Shown here: positions 9,964-17,616 of the stretch, piece by piece
Position numbering within the stretch: position 1 is the stretch's first letter
Layout: each line of letters begins with the position of its first letter
Source: an uncultured Kiritimatiellota bacterium
GTDB taxonomy: Bacteria; Verrucomicrobiota; Kiritimatiellia; RFP12; DVOR01
Assembly: GCA_944391085.1 (NCBI GenBank)
Contig: CALXSE010000003.1
Span: 54,143-118,142, forward strand
Direction of reading: 5' to 3'
Length of the DNA: 64,000 nt
Notes under the pieces: model-generated
Told to the model about the DNA's origin: nothing
What the model saw: only the letters and a program-made list of their open reading frames with translations
Databases searched by the model: none
Made by a program: the position numbers and the translations under genes

Positions 9964-11427
9964 ATGGTTTGGTTTATCGGCGGCATCGTCGCGTTGATTG
10001 CGGGTTATTTCACCTATGGGCGCCTCATCGAGCGCCTGCTGCGGCCGGACGACCGGGCGACGCCGTGCTACGCGTTGGCCGACGGGGTGGACTATGTGCC
10101 GCTGCCGATGTGGAAGAACATGCTCATCCAGCTGCTGAACATCGCCGGCGTGGGGCCGGTCATCGGCGTGATCATCGGCATCAAGTTCGGCTGGGAGTGC
10201 TTCTGGATCATCCCGGTGGGGTGCGTCTTCGGCGGGGCGGTGCACGATTGCGTCTCGGGCTTCATGAGCGTGCGGACGCGGGGGGCGAACCTGCCGGTGC
10301 TGACGGAGGGCGCGCTGGGCAAGTGGTACACGCAGGTCTATTCCCTCTTCCTGATGGCGCTGCTGCTGCTGGTGGTGGCCGTCTTCATCAACGTGCCGGC
10401 GAACCTGGCCGCGGGGCTGGCCGCGCCCGTCGCGCCGGGCGTGCCGTGGTTCTGGGTCTTCGTGGGGGTCATCTTCCTGTATTACGTCGTGGCGACGCTT
10501 TTCCCGGTGGACAAGATCATCGGGGCGATCTACCCCTTCTTTGGGGCGGTGCTGCTGGTCGGCTCGCTGGCGATGCTCGCGTCGCTGGTCTGGAACGGCC
10601 TTTCCGAGCCGTGGCTCCTCACCGAGACCGAGGCCTTCAAGGCCGGGATGTTCCACGACCAGCCCATCATCCCCTGCCTCTTCGTCACCATCGCCTGCGG
10701 CATCCTCTCCGGCTTCCACGCCACGCAGTCGCCCATCGTCGCGCGCACGATGAAGAGCGAGCGCCAGGCCCGCGCCACCTACTACGGCATGATGATCGCC
10801 GAGGGCGTCATCGCGATGGTCTGGGCCGGCGCCGGCATGGCCGTCTACAACCTCTCCCCCGAGCTCATGGCCCAGCCGGCCACCCAGGCGCTGATGGAGA
10901 GCACGCGCCGCTTCCTGGGCTCGTGGATGGGCGCCGTCACCGTCCTCTCGGTCATCGTCCTGGCCATCACCAGCGGCGACACCGCGCTGCGCAGCCTGCG
11001 CCTGACGCTGGCCGAGCTCACGCGCGTGCCCCAGCGGCGCTTCGCCGCGCGCCTCTCCCTCTGCCTGCCGCTGATCGCCATCGTCGCCGCGCTCCTCTGG
11101 TGGAGCAACCTCAGCGCCGAGAGCTTCGAGTGGCTGTGGAAATACTTCGCCTGGGGCAACCAGACCCTCGCGGCCAGCACCCTGATGGTCTGCACCGTCT
11201 GGCTCATGCGCCGCGGCGTCGCGCCCTGGTTCACCCTCGTCCCAGGGCTGTTCATGACCTTCGTCGTCGTCAGCTTCATCCTCTGGTCCGACCCCAGCCA
11301 CGCCGGCTGCCCCTACGGCCTCAACCTCCCCATCCGCACCGCCTACGCCATCGCCGGCGTCTTCACCTTCTTCGCCGCCGTCGTCGTCGTCCGCCTCGGC
11401 ACCGCCAAGACGGCCCTGGCCGATTAG
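9964..11427 (+). CDS. cstA: Carbon starvation protein A family peptide/pyruvate transporter
   Basis: 487-aa polytopic membrane protein (MVWFIGGIVALIAGYFTYG..., PLPMWKNMLIQLLNIAGVGPVIG) typical of CstA. SD AAAAGGAAC precedes the ATG. Confidence 0.85.
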   Translation: MVWFIGGIVALIAGYFTYGRLIERLLRPDDRATPCYALADGVDYVPLPMWKNMLIQLLNIAGVGPVIGVIIGIKFGWECFWIIPVGCVFGGAVHDCVSGFMSVRTRGANLPVLTEGALGKWYTQVYSLFLMALLLLVVAVFINVPANLAAGLAAPVAPGVPWFWVFVGVIFLYYVVATLFPVDKIIGAIYPFFGAVLLVGSLAMLASLVWNGLSEPWLLTETEAFKAGMFHDQPIIPCLFVTIACGILSGFHATQSPIVARTMKSERQARATYYGMMIAEGVIAMVWAGAGMAVYNLSPELMAQPATQALMESTRRFLGSWMGAVTVLSVIVLAITSGDTALRSLRLTLAELTRVPQRRFAARLSLCLPLIAIVAALLWWSNLSAESFEWLWKYFAWGNQTLAASTLMVCTVWLMRRGVAPWFTLVPGLFMTFVVVSFILWSDPSHAGCPYGLNLPIRTAYAIAGVFTFFAAVVVVRLGTAKTALAD

Positions 11428-11584
11428 CGGATAGCCATGGGAGGGGCGCCGCCCCTCACGCCCTTCGGGCTCACGGGCGGATTGGGTAATTGGCAGGTTG
11501 GAGGATTGATTGGCGGGCGTGGGGCGCCGCCCCACGCCCCGGCAGGGAAAAGGTCTCCCTGCACCCCCGGCACGTCCGCGCCGC

Positions 11585-11621
11585 GCCTTGAAAGCACGCC
11601 CAGCGGGCGTGCTTTCAAGGC
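11585..11621. repeat. Perfect 17-bp-arm inverted repeat (hairpin) with 3-nt loop
   Basis: GCCTTGAAAGCACGCCC-agc-GGGCGTGCTTTCAAGGC. No flanking T/A tract. Confidence 0.8.
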
Positions 11622-11726
11622 CACCGCAGCCTCCTCTCCTTGGCGCAGACTCGTGCGGCGCGGGCAGACCCACACATGGCCGCGCCCCACCCTCGCGGCC
11701 CCGACAAACAAAATACGTCTTTAGTA

Positions 11727-11752
11727 TTGACGGGGGGGGGAATTGCTATTGT
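11727..11752 (+). promoter_or_regulatory. PEP-CTERM gene promoter containing a G9 homopolymer in the spacer
   Basis: TTGACG (11727-32) is followed immediately by GGGGGGGGG (11732-40), then AATTGC TATTGT with TG at 11744-45 (TGcTATTGT extended -10), 48 nt upstream of the ATG at 11800. Confidence 0.5.
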
Positions 11753-11799
11753 ATGTGCCGTCAAGGGTGCCCAGTGGCGCCCCGGAAAGGTACGTGAAC

Positions 11800-12447
11800 A
11801 TGAAGAAACTGGCAATTGCGGCCTTGATAGCCTGCGTTTTTGGCATCGGGACGGCCTCGGCCGTGACGATGAATTGGACGGACGCTGCGGGTACGCTCAC
11901 GACGACGAACCCGGGTTATGAAGACACCCTCACCGTCTCCCCCTCCACCACCTTCTCGATGTTGGTGACGCTCAACGTCAATAGCTACACGGGAGGAGAA
12001 AGGTGGAACGTCCTGGCGGCCAACAACGCCGATGGCACCGACGGCTTCCGCCTCCGCATCGAAAACCAGTGGATGCTGCTGAAGTACAAAGACGGCAACA
12101 CCGAGCGGGACGCCTCCAACGGCACCAACGGCAATCTCTCCTCCACCCTGACCTCCACCAACGGGACGCTGCGGGTGGCCTTCTCCGTGACCGAAGACGG
12201 CATCCGCGTCGCCATCAACGACAACGACACCATCTACGCCAACACGGCGGCCATCACGTTCGATGAGCTGACGAATTGGACCATCGGCACCCACGTCCCC
12301 GGGGTCGACCTCGTGCAGGTGGACGTCTACGAAGGCGTGGCCTGGACGGACGAGCAGCTCCACGCCGCCGCCATCCCCGAGCCGACCGCCCTGGCGCTCT
12401 TGGCGTTGGGCGTGGCCGGCGTGGCGCTCCGCCGCCGCGTGGCCTAA
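11800..12447 (+). CDS. PEP-CTERM sorting-domain surface protein
   Basis: Signal peptide MKKLAIAALIACVFGIGTASA; C-terminal IPEPTALALLALGVAGVALRRRVA is the PEP motif plus TM helix plus Arg cluster. SD GGAAAGG lies upstream. The track ORF starts 19 codons earlier. Confidence 0.8.
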   Translation: MKKLAIAALIACVFGIGTASAVTMNWTDAAGTLTTTNPGYEDTLTVSPSTTFSMLVTLNVNSYTGGERWNVLAANNADGTDGFRLRIENQWMLLKYKDGNTERDASNGTNGNLSSTLTSTNGTLRVAFSVTEDGIRVAINDNDTIYANTAAITFDELTNWTIGTHVPGVDLVQVDVYEGVAWTDEQLHAAAIPEPTALALLALGVAGVALRRRVA

Positions 12448-12469
12448 GCGGCCCCGCCGCGCTTCCCGC

Positions 12470-12501
12470 AAAGGCCCTTCGACAACCGCCGGAGGGCCTT
12501 T
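12470..12501 (+). terminator. Terminator-like hairpin plus T-tract after the PEP-CTERM gene
   Basis: AAAGGCCCT...AGGGCCTTTT. A second weak hairpin+T5 (GCCcttcgGCGtattttt) lies about 60 nt downstream. Confidence 0.5.
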
Positions 12502-12593
12502 TCATGCCCCCGCACGCGCCGCAACGCTTGCGCCGAAAGTTGCGCCGAGCGGCCAAAACCGCCCTTCGGCGTATTTTTCCGCGCAATTCCATC

Positions 12594-12618
12594 ACACTGA
12601 ACCGCAATCAGAAAACAC
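12594..12618 (+). promoter_or_regulatory. Recurrent motif copy A (CACACT-N5-CGCAAT-c-AGAAAACA), upstream of the first Fic gene
   Basis: catCACACTgaacCGCAATcAGAAAACAcgc. Related copies occur at 28293..28328, 58483..58512 and 58580..58592. Confidence 0.5.
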
Positions 12619-12633
12619 GCTTTTATCCCACTT

Positions 12634-12687
12634 CAACGCAATTTCCAAAAAATTGCGTTGAAATCCGCCCCGAGGTGTTGTATACTA
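12634..12687 (+). promoter_or_regulatory. Fic gene promoter with overlapping 27-bp palindromic operator
   Basis: CAACGCAATTT-ccaaa-AAATTGCGTTG (12634..12662) has perfect 11-bp arms. The right arm overlaps the -35 TTGAAA (12659-64). Seventeen nt on is the -10 TATACT (12682-87). SD and ATG follow at 12711. Confidence 0.55.
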
Positions 12688-12710
12688 GGCGGCGAAAGGA
12701 GGGCAAAGCG

Positions 12711-14045
12711 ATGCGCGCGGCGGTTGCGCCGGAACTCAACAACGCCGCCTTTCTGGCGTGGCTGGCAGGGCCGGGGGCGGCGACGCTCCCGGGGCTCTTG
12801 CGCACGGCCAAGGCCCAACGCGCCTACCTACCGTGGCGGAAGGCGCGTTACTCCGCGCCCGAAGGCCTCCCCGCCGAGGTCTGGTGGCCCATCCTCTGCC
12901 TGGCGCGCGACCTGCGCGTGGTGAATCCGGCGTTGGTCGGCGCGGGCGGGCAGCCCTTCCTGCTCTCGACGACGGACGAAATCCGGCGGTTGCTGCACGA
13001 AATCGACCGCAACGCGCCGGCGGCCATCCGCATGGACAGCGTGCGTGGGCGCGACGATGCCTCGGAACTGCGACGCACCTACCTCCAGCGCGAGCAGATG
13101 TTGGAGGCCATCTCCTCCAGCCAGATGGAGGGCGCCGCCACGACCCGCCAGGTGGCCCAGGAGCTGCTCCTGGCGAACCGCCCGCCCCAGAACGACGGTG
13201 AGCGGATGATCGCCAATAACTACGCCACCATCCGCGCGCTCGAGGGTTGGAGCAAGGAACCGCTCGCTGAAGGCCTCCTCTTCCGGATCCACCGCACGCT
13301 CACCGAAGGCCTCCTGCCCGAGGACGCCCAGGGCCGTTACCGGACGACGGACGACGTCCTCGTGCGCGACCGGGACGGCGAGGTCGTCCACCAACCCCCG
13401 CCGGCCGCGGCCCTGCCCGCGCGTATGGCCGCGCTGATGGCCTTCGCCAACCAAGGCGAGGCGGCGCAGGAGCCCTTCCTGCACCCCGTGCTCAAGGCCA
13501 TTCTCCTGCACACCCTCCTGGCCTACGAGCACCCCTTCCGCGACGGCAATGGCCGCACCGCCCGCGCCCTCTTCTACTGGAGCCTCCTGCGCGACGGCTA
13601 CTGGGTGGCCCCCTACGTCTCCATCTCGCGGATGTTGCGCCAAGAGCGAAAGGCCTACGACGAGGCCTACGTGGACATGGAATGCTGCCATCTCGACGCC
13701 ACCTACTGCGTCCTGGCGAACCTGCGCGTCTTCGCCCGCGGCCTACGCGACCTCAACGCCTACGTCGAGGGGCAGGCCCGGCAGACCGACGCCTGGCGCA
13801 AGGCCCTCCAAGGCCAATTCAACGCCCGCCAACTGGATTTGCTCGGCCACACCCTGCGCCACCCGAATTACCAATACACCGCCGCCGAGCACCAACGCTG
13901 GCACGACGTCTCGGCGAACACCGCCCGCGCCGACCTCGACGGCCTTGAGGCGCGCGGCTTCCTCCGGCGCCGCCAAATCGGGCGCGTGCGCTTCTACACC
14001 GCCACCGGCCTCTTCAAGGCCCTTGCCGAGCGGCCCGGGCCTTAG
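12711..14045 (+). CDS. Fic/DOC family protein (class II, internal inhibitory helix) with C-terminal winged-helix-like domain
   Basis: Fic motif HPFRDGNGRTARAL and inhibitory motif SSQMEGAATT, matching (S/T)xxxE(G/N). Start ATG at 12711 is preceded by GAAAGGAGGG. The upstream 145 codons of the track ORF are R/P-rich junk overlapping the neighbouring gene. Confidence 0.85.
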   Translation: MRAAVAPELNNAAFLAWLAGPGAATLPGLLRTAKAQRAYLPWRKARYSAPEGLPAEVWWPILCLARDLRVVNPALVGAGGQPFLLSTTDEIRRLLHEIDRNAPAAIRMDSVRGRDDASELRRTYLQREQMLEAISSSQMEGAATTRQVAQELLLANRPPQNDGERMIANNYATIRALEGWSKEPLAEGLLFRIHRTLTEGLLPEDAQGRYRTTDDVLVRDRDGEVVHQPPPAAALPARMAALMAFANQGEAAQEPFLHPVLKAILLHTLLAYEHPFRDGNGRTARALFYWSLLRDGYWVAPYVSISRMLRQERKAYDEAYVDMECCHLDATYCVLANLRVFARGLRDLNAYVEGQARQTDAWRKALQGQFNARQLDLLGHTLRHPNYQYTAAEHQRWHDVSANTARADLDGLEARGFLRRRQIGRVRFYTATGLFKALAERPGP

Positions 14046-15976
14046 CCGCCGAGGGCCTCGAGGGCGGTGGCGGCGGCCTCCCAGTCGAGGGTGAGCTTGG
14101 CGAGGTCGAATTGGATGGCGCGGAGGCGGCGGCCGGCGTCGGCGAGGCCCTGGGCGTCCAGCGAGCCGTCGCCGAGGGAGGCGGTGAGGGCGGCCTGCTC
14201 GGCCTCGAGCTTGGCGATGGCGGCCTCGGCCTCGGCGACGCGGCGGCGGAGGCGTTTGACCTCGGGGGCCTTGGCGGCGCGTTCCTGGGCGCGTTGGCGG
14301 CGGAGATCCTTGGAGGTGACCTTGGCCTCCTGGGGCCTGGCGGCGGGTTCGCCGGGGGGGGCCTCGCCGGCGATTTTCTCCTGGTAATAGTCGTAGCCGC
14401 CGTGGAAACGGCGGATGCCGCGGCGGGAGATTTCGAGGATGTTCTCGGCGGTGCCGCGGACGAATTCGACGTCGTGGGAGACGAGGACGACGGTGCCGTC
14501 GTAGTCGCGGACGGCCTGCTGGAGGCGCTCGCGGCCGTCGAGGTCGAGGTGGGTGGTGGGCTCGTCGAGGAGCAGGAGGTTGGGCGGGTTGAGGAAGAGG
14601 CGGAGGAAGGCCAGGCGGATCTTCTCGCCGCCGGAGAGGACTTTGACGGGCTTGGCGCAGTCCTCGGCATCGAAGCCGAAGCCGCCCAGGCGGTTGCGGA
14701 GCTCCTTTTCGGGGAGGGCGCCGGCGGCGGCCTTGGCGACGGCGAAGACGGTGGAATCCGGGTCCATGGTCTCGGCCAGATCCTGGCTTTGGTAGCCGGG
14801 GACGACGTGGTAGCCGAAGACGGCCTTGCCCTCGGTGGGCCTGCGGGCGCCGGCGAGGACGCGCAGGAGGGTGGTCTTGCCCATGCCGTTGTAGCCGACG
14901 ATGGCGATTTTGTCGCCGTTCATGACGCGCAGGTCAAGGCCGCTGAAGATGGGGCGCGCGCCGCCGGGATAGGTGTAGGCCGCGCCTTCGAGGCGGACGA
15001 TCTCGGCGCCGGCGTGGGGGGCCTTTGGCAGGCGGAGGGCGCCGGCGGCGCGGGAACGGGCGGGGAGGCGGATCTCCTCGAGCTTCTCGAGCTGCTTCTC
15101 GCGGCTTTGGGCCTGGGCGGCCTTGGTGGCCTGGGCGCGGAAGCGGTCGATGAAGCGCTGGAGCTGCTCGCGCTTGCGGTCTTGGTTGGCCTTGGCCTGG
15201 AGGAGCTGGCGGTAGCGCGTCTCGCGCTCGGCGAGGTAGGTGTCCAGCGGGGCGTTGTAGCGGGTGACGGCGCCGCCGTCGACCTCCACGGTGACCTTGG
15301 TGATGGCGCGCAGCAGGTAACGGTCGTGCGAGATGAGCGCGAGGGTGCCCTCAAAGCCGCGCAGGAAGCGCTGGAGCCACTCGATGGCCGGCAGGTCAAG
15401 GTAGTTGGAGGGCTCGTCGAGCAGGAGCAGCTCGGGCTTGGAGGCCAGCACGCGCGAGAGCTCGGCGCGCATCCGCCAGCCGCCGGAGAAGGCGGCGAAG
15501 GGGCGGTCGAAATCCTCCGTGGCGTAGCCCAGGCCGCCGAGGGATTCCTTGACGCGGGCCTCGAGGGTGTAGCCGCCCAGCTGCTCGAAGCGGGTGTTGG
15601 CCTCGCCCAGCGCGCGCAGGAGGCGCCCCTTGGCCGCCGGGTCGCGCTCGGTGGCGAGGGCCTCCTCCAGGCGCGCGATGTCGCGCTCGGTGCGCTCGAA
15701 GCCGGGGATGCCTTCCAGGCAATACTGCAGCAGCGTCTGCTCGGGCGAGTCTGGCTCCAAATGCTGGCGGACGAAACCGATGCGCGGGTTGCCTTCGTGG
15801 AGCACCTCGCCGGCGTCGGGCGAGAGGTCGCCGAGGATGAGCTTGAAGAGGGTGGATTTCCCCGATCCGTTCGGCCCCACGATGCCCACGCGCTCGCCCG
15901 CGTTGATCTTGAAGCTGGCGTGCTCGAACAAGGGCTCCGACCCATACCTGACGCTGACGTCCCGAAACTCAATCAT
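14042..15976 (-). CDS. ABC-F family ATPase (EttA/Uup-like, two ABC domains, no TMD)
   Basis: Two Walker A sites, GERVGIVGPNGSGKSTL and GDKIAIVGYNGMGKTTL, joined by a linker/coiled coil. Its stop is convergent with and overlaps the Fic stop by 4 nt. Confidence 0.85.
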   Translation of the reverse strand: MIEFRDVSVRYGSEPLFEHASFKINAGERVGIVGPNGSGKSTLFKLILGDLSPDAGEVLHEGNPRIGFVRQHLEPDSPEQTLLQYCLEGIPGFERTERDIARLEEALATERDPAAKGRLLRALGEANTRFEQLGGYTLEARVKESLGGLGYATEDFDRPFAAFSGGWRMRAELSRVLASKPELLLLDEPSNYLDLPAIEWLQRFLRGFEGTLALISHDRYLLRAITKVTVEVDGGAVTRYNAPLDTYLAERETRYRQLLQAKANQDRKREQLQRFIDRFRAQATKAAQAQSREKQLEKLEEIRLPARSRAAGALRLPKAPHAGAEIVRLEGAAYTYPGGARPIFSGLDLRVMNGDKIAIVGYNGMGKTTLLRVLAGARRPTEGKAVFGYHVVPGYQSQDLAETMDPDSTVFAVAKAAAGALPEKELRNRLGGFGFDAEDCAKPVKVLSGGEKIRLAFLRLFLNPPNLLLLDEPTTHLDLDGRERLQQAVRDYDGTVVLVSHDVEFVRGTAENILEISRRGIRRFHGGYDYYQEKIAGEAPPGEPAARPQEAKVTSKDLRRQRAQERAAKAPEVKRLRRRVAEAEAAIAKLEAEQAALTASLGDGSLDAQGLADAGRRLRAIQFDLAKLTLDWEAAATALEALGG

Positions 15977-16037
15977 GCGCGCATTATAGCAAAGGGGCGG
16001 CTGGGCCGCCCCCGGGAATACAGGCCCCGCGCCCCGC

Positions 16038-17498
16038 TCACCTCAGCCAGGAATAGAGGCAGAGGCAGACGATGGGCAGCAGGAAGAAGACGCAGACGAT
16101 GTAGGCCACGGCCATCGGGCGGCAGTCGCTGGCCAGCTTGGCGAGCGAGCTGGCGCACACCAGCGGCACGCGCCGCAGGGGCGGCAGGCCGTAGATGAGG
16201 ATGACGCCGCACGTGTTGAAGAGCAGGTGCACCAGCGCGATCTGCAGCCCGAAGGACGCCCCCTCCCCGGTGAAGGCCAGCGCCGCCAGCAGCGCCGTCA
16301 CGCACGTGCCGATGTTCGCCCCCAGCGTGAAGGGGAAGGCCTGCTTCAGCCGCATCAGCCCCGCGCCCGCCAGCGGCACGATGAGCGAGGTGGTGGTGCT
16401 GCTGCTCTGCACCAGCGCCGTGATGGCGAACCCGCTGCCGATGGCCGCCACCGGGTTCTTCCCCACCGCCGTGCGGAACACCTGCTCCGCGCGCCCCGTG
16501 AAGAGCATCCGCAGCAGCTGCCCCAGCAGCAGGATCGAACCGAAGATCAGGATCAGCCCGAAGACCACGTAGGCCGCGTTGGCCCACATCGCCCCGGGGA
16601 TCCGCAGGAACAGCCCGTACAGGAACGATTCCACCGGCGCCGTCGCCGCGGCCACGAAGTTGATCGCGTCCATGTTGAACCCGCCCGCCCCGTAAAGCGC
16701 GCCGGAAATCACCCCCGAGAGCCGCTCCAGCCAATGGAACGCCATCTCCGTGGGCAGGAAGAGGACGACGGCGGTGATGTTGAAGAAGTCGTGGATCGTC
16801 GCCGCCGCGAAGGCCCGGCGGAACTCGCGCCGGTGCCCGATGTGCCCCAGCGAGACAAGCGTGTTCGTCACCGACGTGCCGATGTTCGCCCCCATCACCA
16901 TCGGGATCGCCACATGGATCGGCAGCCCGCCCACGCACAGCCCCACAATCACCGACGTCGTCACCGAGCTGCTCTGGATGATCGCCGTCACCAGCAGCCC
17001 CGCCACCAGCCCCACGAACGGGTTCCCCGCGTACGTCTCGAAGAACGCCCGCGCGTGCGCCTCGCCCCCGAACAGCCCGTTGAAGCCCGCCCCCAGCGCC
17101 GCCATCGCCACCAGCAGCACGTACACCAGCGCCAGGCACGCCGCCCACGACGCCCACGGCCGCGCCGTCACCCACGAAAAAGCCCGCGCCAGCAGACCCT
17201 CCTGCTTCCTCGCGGGCTTTTGCTCGGACTTCCTGAGCGCGCCTCTCAACGTCTCCTCCAACGACTGCACCGCCGCCAACAGCCCCTCGCGCAGCCCGCC
17301 CCACGCCTCCTGGCGCGTGTTGTTCTCCGGCGAAACCACCAGGTTGATCAGCTCCGTCTCCAGCTTCGCGCGTTCGTCGACCAGCTTCTGGAGCGTCGCC
17401 CGTAGCGCCTCCGGCTCCTGGTTGGATTTCTTGAGGGCTTTGATCTCGTCGCGCAACTGCAACAGCCGGCTTTCGAGGGAGAGTTGTCGGTCGTCCAT
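16038..17498 (-). CDS. Na+/phosphate cotransporter family protein (NptA/PF02690-like) with N-terminal coiled-coil extension
   Basis: Duplicated QSSS(V/T)TTS(V/L)IV motifs and hydrophobic core typical of Na/Pi-cotransporter II-related proteins. SD AAGGA lies 8 nt upstream. Confidence 0.75.
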   Translation of the reverse strand: MDDRQLSLESRLLQLRDEIKALKKSNQEPEALRATLQKLVDERAKLETELINLVVSPENNTRQEAWGGLREGLLAAVQSLEETLRGALRKSEQKPARKQEGLLARAFSWVTARPWASWAACLALVYVLLVAMAALGAGFNGLFGGEAHARAFFETYAGNPFVGLVAGLLVTAIIQSSSVTTSVIVGLCVGGLPIHVAIPMVMGANIGTSVTNTLVSLGHIGHRREFRRAFAAATIHDFFNITAVVLFLPTEMAFHWLERLSGVISGALYGAGGFNMDAINFVAAATAPVESFLYGLFLRIPGAMWANAAYVVFGLILIFGSILLLGQLLRMLFTGRAEQVFRTAVGKNPVAAIGSGFAITALVQSSSTTTSLIVPLAGAGLMRLKQAFPFTLGANIGTCVTALLAALAFTGEGASFGLQIALVHLLFNTCGVILIYGLPPLRRVPLVCASSLAKLASDCRPMAVAYIVCVFFLLPIVCLCLYSWLR

Positions 17499-17616
17499 GG
17501 ATACATCCTTGCTTTGGAATTGCCCGATAAGATATCAGAAAAATGTTAGCGTTACGTTAGGATGTCAGGAAAAGATAAGAAAACCGTTAGCTCCCGCATC
17601 CGCCCGGGGAGGCCGG

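Noticed and set aside
7257-11489. Plus-strand 1410-aa ORF and minus-strand 9946..11673 575-aa ORF
   Set aside because: Composition is R/G/A/P-rich junk. They overlap well-supported genes on the opposite strand or in other frames (pseudopilin, beta-CASP hydrolase, cstA).
14042-14045. 4-nt convergent overlap between the first Fic gene's stop and the ABC-F stop
   Set aside because: This is common in compact genomes and has no functional implication beyond shared termination space.
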